A stretch of 64,000 nt of DNA from a candidate division WOR-3 bacterium (lineage in GTDB: Bacteria; Hydrothermota; 32-111). The DNA is taken from positions 352,001 to 416,000 of the forward strand of contig JBBFKX010000001.1 in the NCBI GenBank assembly GCA_037481815.1, read 5' to 3'. Every line of letters begins with the position of its first letter. Position 1 is the stretch's first letter. A program made the translations under genes and the position numbers. Shown here one piece after another: positions 61,443 through 64,000 of this stretch. The notes beneath the pieces are model-generated. The model was not told the DNA's origin. It was given only the letters and a program-made list of their open reading frames with translations, and made no database searches.

Positions 61443-62618
61443 TCAAAAAATTATCCTGTTTCCTCTTATCTTTCTATCACTCACGTAAAGATCTCTAAGT
61501 GTTAAAATCGATGATTCCCCATATTTGTTTTTTATCATTTCAATATATTCCTTCAACCTTTCTCGTTTATCAAAATCTCCGTTAAACGCTAACTCCTGAT
61601 AAATCCCTCTATTTCTTATCCCACCTACCGATATTCCAACCAATCTCACAGGTAAAGTCAAAATTATTTTTTCAAATATTTTTTTTGTTTCTTCAAAAAT
61701 ATCCTTCCACTCATGTATGTATCTTTCAAGTTTTTTCTGTTTTGTAAATGTTTGAAAGTTTGAATATCTCACAGTTAAGGTTATCCTGTTTCCCTCAAAA
61801 AAATCATCAAGCAACCTTTTTTCTATATGTTTTGAAATCAAAGAAATATAAGATAAAATCTTTTCTTTTTCAAAAGTATCTTCTGAGAATGTGTGTGTGT
61901 TACCAACAGATTTTACTATATCAATCCTTTTATATATATCATCATTTATCTTTAAACATGTTAATTCTTTTAAAAAATAGGCATAATGTTTAAAAAGTTT
62001 TTTCAAAACAGAAAAAGGAATTTCATCGATTTGTTTAACATAAAATATACCATACGATTTCAATTTTTTTTCAATCTTTCTTCCTATACCTGGAACTTTT
62101 TCTATCTCCTTTTCTTTTATATAATTCAAAGGATCATCAACCACAAAAAAACCATTAGGTTTGTTCTCATCCGATGCTATTTTTGCAACGATTTTTTTTG
62201 TTGATATACCACATGATGCTGTGATTTTCAGTTTCTCTTTTATCGTTTTTTTTATCATCAGTGATTTTACAATCAAATCATCTTTTATGGTCGAACAAAA
62301 AAAACATTCATCTATAGAATAAGGGAAAACATTCCCTGCTATATCCTGAACTATTTTAAAAACCTCTTTCGATATTGAAAGATATTTTTCCATATCAGGT
62401 TTTATAACTATCAGATGTGGGCATCTTGACAATGCCTCATAAACAGGCATTCCCGCCTTTATACCATACTCTCTGGCTTTATAGGATGCGGATGTTATAA
62501 CGGTTCTTGAATGTTCACTTCCACCAACAGCAAGAGGTAGCCCCTTATAATATGGTCTTGATGCGATTTCAACTGAAGCGAAAAAAGAATCGATATCAAG
62601 ATGAGTCCACCAGATCAT
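61443..62618 (-). CDS. dinB: Y-family DNA polymerase (DinB/PolY-like) with clamp-binding and RecA-NT-like C-terminal motifs
   Basis: HLDIDSFFASVE, ASYKAREYGI.AGM, SIDE, AKIAS..NKPNG, VPGIG and VRLVGI; true start ATG 62618 (ATGA overlap). Confidence 0.9.
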   Translation of the reverse strand: MIWWTHLDIDSFFASVEIASRPYYKGLPLAVGGSEHSRTVITSASYKAREYGIKAGMPVYEALSRCPHLIVIKPDMEKYLSISKEVFKIVQDIAGNVFPYSIDECFFCSTIKDDLIVKSLMIKKTIKEKLKITASCGISTKKIVAKIASDENKPNGFFVVDDPLNYIKEKEIEKVPGIGRKIEKKLKSYGIFYVKQIDEIPFSVLKKLFKHYAYFLKELTCLKINDDIYKRIDIVKSVGNTHTFSEDTFEKEKILSYISLISKHIEKRLLDDFFEGNRITLTVRYSNFQTFTKQKKLERYIHEWKDIFEETKKIFEKIILTLPVRLVGISVGGIRNRGIYQELAFNGDFDKRERLKEYIEMIKNKYGESSILTLRDLYVSDRKIRGNRIIF

Positions 62619-62857
62619 ACTATAGCACTCTCCACATCTATAAGGTACCATCTGTTCGTTGAAAGTGAGTAAACAATATGATAATAAAAAGAACCTGATA
62701 TAGTTGAAAAGTGTATCTTTATTCCATCCTCATCAACTGTTTTCCATGAATAAGTCAACTTCTCTACCTTTATAGTTTTACCTTTCCAAAAAAATGTTTT
62801 TGGAACTATTTTACCTTTTCCAAAATAAGCAAGAACAAAAATTTGCTCTCTATTCAT
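62615..62857 (-). CDS. Small beta-rich hypothetical protein, candidate PolY accessory subunit
   Basis: ATGA-coupled to both lexA and the polymerase; P..F.W.G...V....W....F....Y.I.Y.....W.L pattern. Confidence 0.7.
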   Translation of the reverse strand: MNREQIFVLAYFGKGKIVPKTFFWKGKTIKVEKLTYSWKTVDEDGIKIHFSTISGSFYYHIVYSLSTNRWYLIDVESAIV

Positions 62858-63444
62858 AACTTCTTTAAAACTCCAATCACCTTTCCAAAAGGTTGAAAAT
62901 CATCACCATTTTTTATCTCTATAAGAGGATATTTTGGATTTTCTGCTTTTAGATAAGTTTTACCTTTTTCAAAGATAAACCTTTTCAATGTGAATTCACC
63001 ATTCAAAAAAGCAACTATAATATCCTTATTTTTTACACTTTCACTTTTTTCAACAAGGACCATATCACCATCGTATATCATAGCACCTTCCATACTATCA
63101 CCTTTAACTTTAAGAAAAAACTTCCCTTCAACATTATCAGGGAAAAGAAAACTATCTTCTATATTTTCTTCGGAGATCACAGGTTTTCCAGCGGATATAT
63201 TACCTAAGACAGAGAGCATCTCCATTCTGAAATATTTTTTTATTTTTATTCCCCTGGATAGACCTTTCAACCTTTCAATGTATCCTTTCTTTTCGAGATT
63301 CAAAAGATGAACAAAAACACCTTTTGTGCTTTTTTTCTTTAACCCAGTACATATCTCTCTTACAGTTGGGGGATATCCATTCTTTTTATTATAAGAGTTT
63401 ATGAACTCCAAAACCTCTTTTTCTTTCTCACTCAACAAAACCAT
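62854..63444 (-). CDS. lexA: SOS repressor LexA
   Basis: GYPPTVREI wHTH, Ala-Gly cleavage site (ISAGKP), Ser (GDSM) and Lys (TLKR) dyad. Confidence 0.94.
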   Translation of the reverse strand: MVLLSEKEKEVLEFINSYNKKNGYPPTVREICTGLKKKSTKGVFVHLLNLEKKGYIERLKGLSRGIKIKKYFRMEMLSVLGNISAGKPVISEENIEDSFLFPDNVEGKFFLKVKGDSMEGAMIYDGDMVLVEKSESVKNKDIIVAFLNGEFTLKRFIFEKGKTYLKAENPKYPLIEIKNGDDFQPFGKVIGVLKKL

Positions 63445-63454
63445 AAAAACTCCT

Positions 63455-63474
63455 ATGTAAACATTTGTTTACAT
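63455..63474. promoter_or_regulatory. Candidate LexA operator ATGTAAACA-TT-TGTTTACAT
   Basis: Perfect 9-bp arms between the -10 element and the SD of lexA. Confidence 0.7.
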
Positions 63475-63500
63475 TATCAACATTTTTTGAAAAAAGTCAA
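63473..63500 (-). promoter_or_regulatory. Putative lexA promoter TTGACT-N16-GATAAT
   Basis: Near-consensus hexamers overlapping the inverted repeat. Confidence 0.55.
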
Positions 63501-63506
63501 GATCTA

Positions 63507-63534
63507 TTGACCTGTACCTTTTTGGATATATAAT
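63507..63534 (+). promoter_or_regulatory. Putative promoter TTGACC-N16-TATAAT, ATG 8 nt downstream
   Basis: Near-consensus hexamers; no SD before ATG 63543. Confidence 0.55.
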
Positions 63535-63542
63535 TTTTTCTT

Positions 63543-64000
63543 ATGGAAAATAAAATTTCCTATTTCTACAAAAAACTTGATAACAAAAAGGTTCAATGCA
63601 CACTCTGTCCCCATTTTTGTACACTCTCTCCAGGTCAAACTGGTTTATGTTTTGGAAGAGAAAATATAGATGGAGAACTGATAGCGATAAATTATGGTAA
63701 GGTCATGACTATAGCAGATGATCCAATCGAAAAAAAACCTCTTTACCATTTCCATCCAAAAGAGTATATAATATCGGTTGCACAGTTTGGTTGTAATCTG
63801 AAATGCCCATTCTGTCAAAACTATAACATATCCCAAAACTATTTTGATGCCGAATTCATTCCAGTTGATGGGCTTTACAGGTTGATAAAAAACAAAGGTA
63901 GAAAAAGAATAGCGTTCACATACACTGAACCTTTGATGTGGTATGAATACATTCATGATTTTGGTCAATCATATTCAAAACAGATAGATATAGTTCTTGT
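63543..64000 (+). CDS. amrS: AmmeMemoRadiSam system radical SAM enzyme (partial, runs off the window)
   Basis: Not in the ORF track. Manual translation MENKISYFYKKLDNKKVQCTLCPHFC...G.C..R...DPIEKKPLYHFHP...GCNLKCPFCQN shows the CxxxCxxC motif. Confidence 0.9.
   Translation, partial: MENKISYFYKKLDNKKVQCTLCPHFCTLSPGQTGLCFGRENIDGELIAINYGKVMTIADDPIEKKPLYHFHPKEYIISVAQFGCNLKCPFCQNYNISQNYFDAEFIPVDGLYRLIKNKGRKRIAFTYTEPLMWYEYIHDFGQSYSKQIDIVL

Noticed and set aside
62618..62651. ORF-track N-terminal extension of the polymerase (MVPYRCGECYS) suggesting a CxxC motif
   Set aside because: It lies inside the 80-aa gene. The ATGA-coupled Met at 62618 gives a normal Y-family N-terminus.
63645..63968. 107-aa minus-strand ORF
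   Set aside because: It is the antisense shadow of the plus-strand radical SAM gene starting at 63543.

Overview
A very AT-rich, extremely gene-dense bacterial chromosomal segment with about 60 genes, mostly on the minus strand and many with overlapping stop/start codons. It is mainly housekeeping: recN-nadK-prmC-prfA, nadE, rmuC, pcm-surE, tsaB/tsaE, coaX, hflX, ispDF, ahcY-metK, PTS ptsI/ptsH, uvrA, smpB-amidase-murI, miaA-mutL, nfo, cdaA-folP-folE-ftsH-hpt-tilS, plus one tRNA-Pro(CGG). A SprA-like translocon, a T9SS-type C-terminal-domain cargo protein, DUF2723 and the PTS-metK-ahcY synteny suggest a diderm FCB-superphylum candidate-phylum organism such as WOR-3/TA06 (inference only). I saw no CRISPR array, IS element, prophage or rRNA. 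Most notable: (1) a translationally coupled lexA / 80-aa beta-rich protein / Y-family polymerase cassette with clamp-binding and RecA-N-terminal-like motifs, behind a 20-bp inverted repeat that is a candidate new SOS box; (2) a short, catalytically eroded serine recombinase heading the uvrA operon; (3) sigma70-like promoters that repeatedly show 16-bp spacers, several apparently leaderless; (4) a pcm stop codon inside the tRNA-Pro gene; (5) a FolE with substituted catalytic and phosphate-binding residues; (6) eroded mannose-type PTS IIC/IID with a probable ACG start. All calls come from motif recognition by eye; no searches were run.
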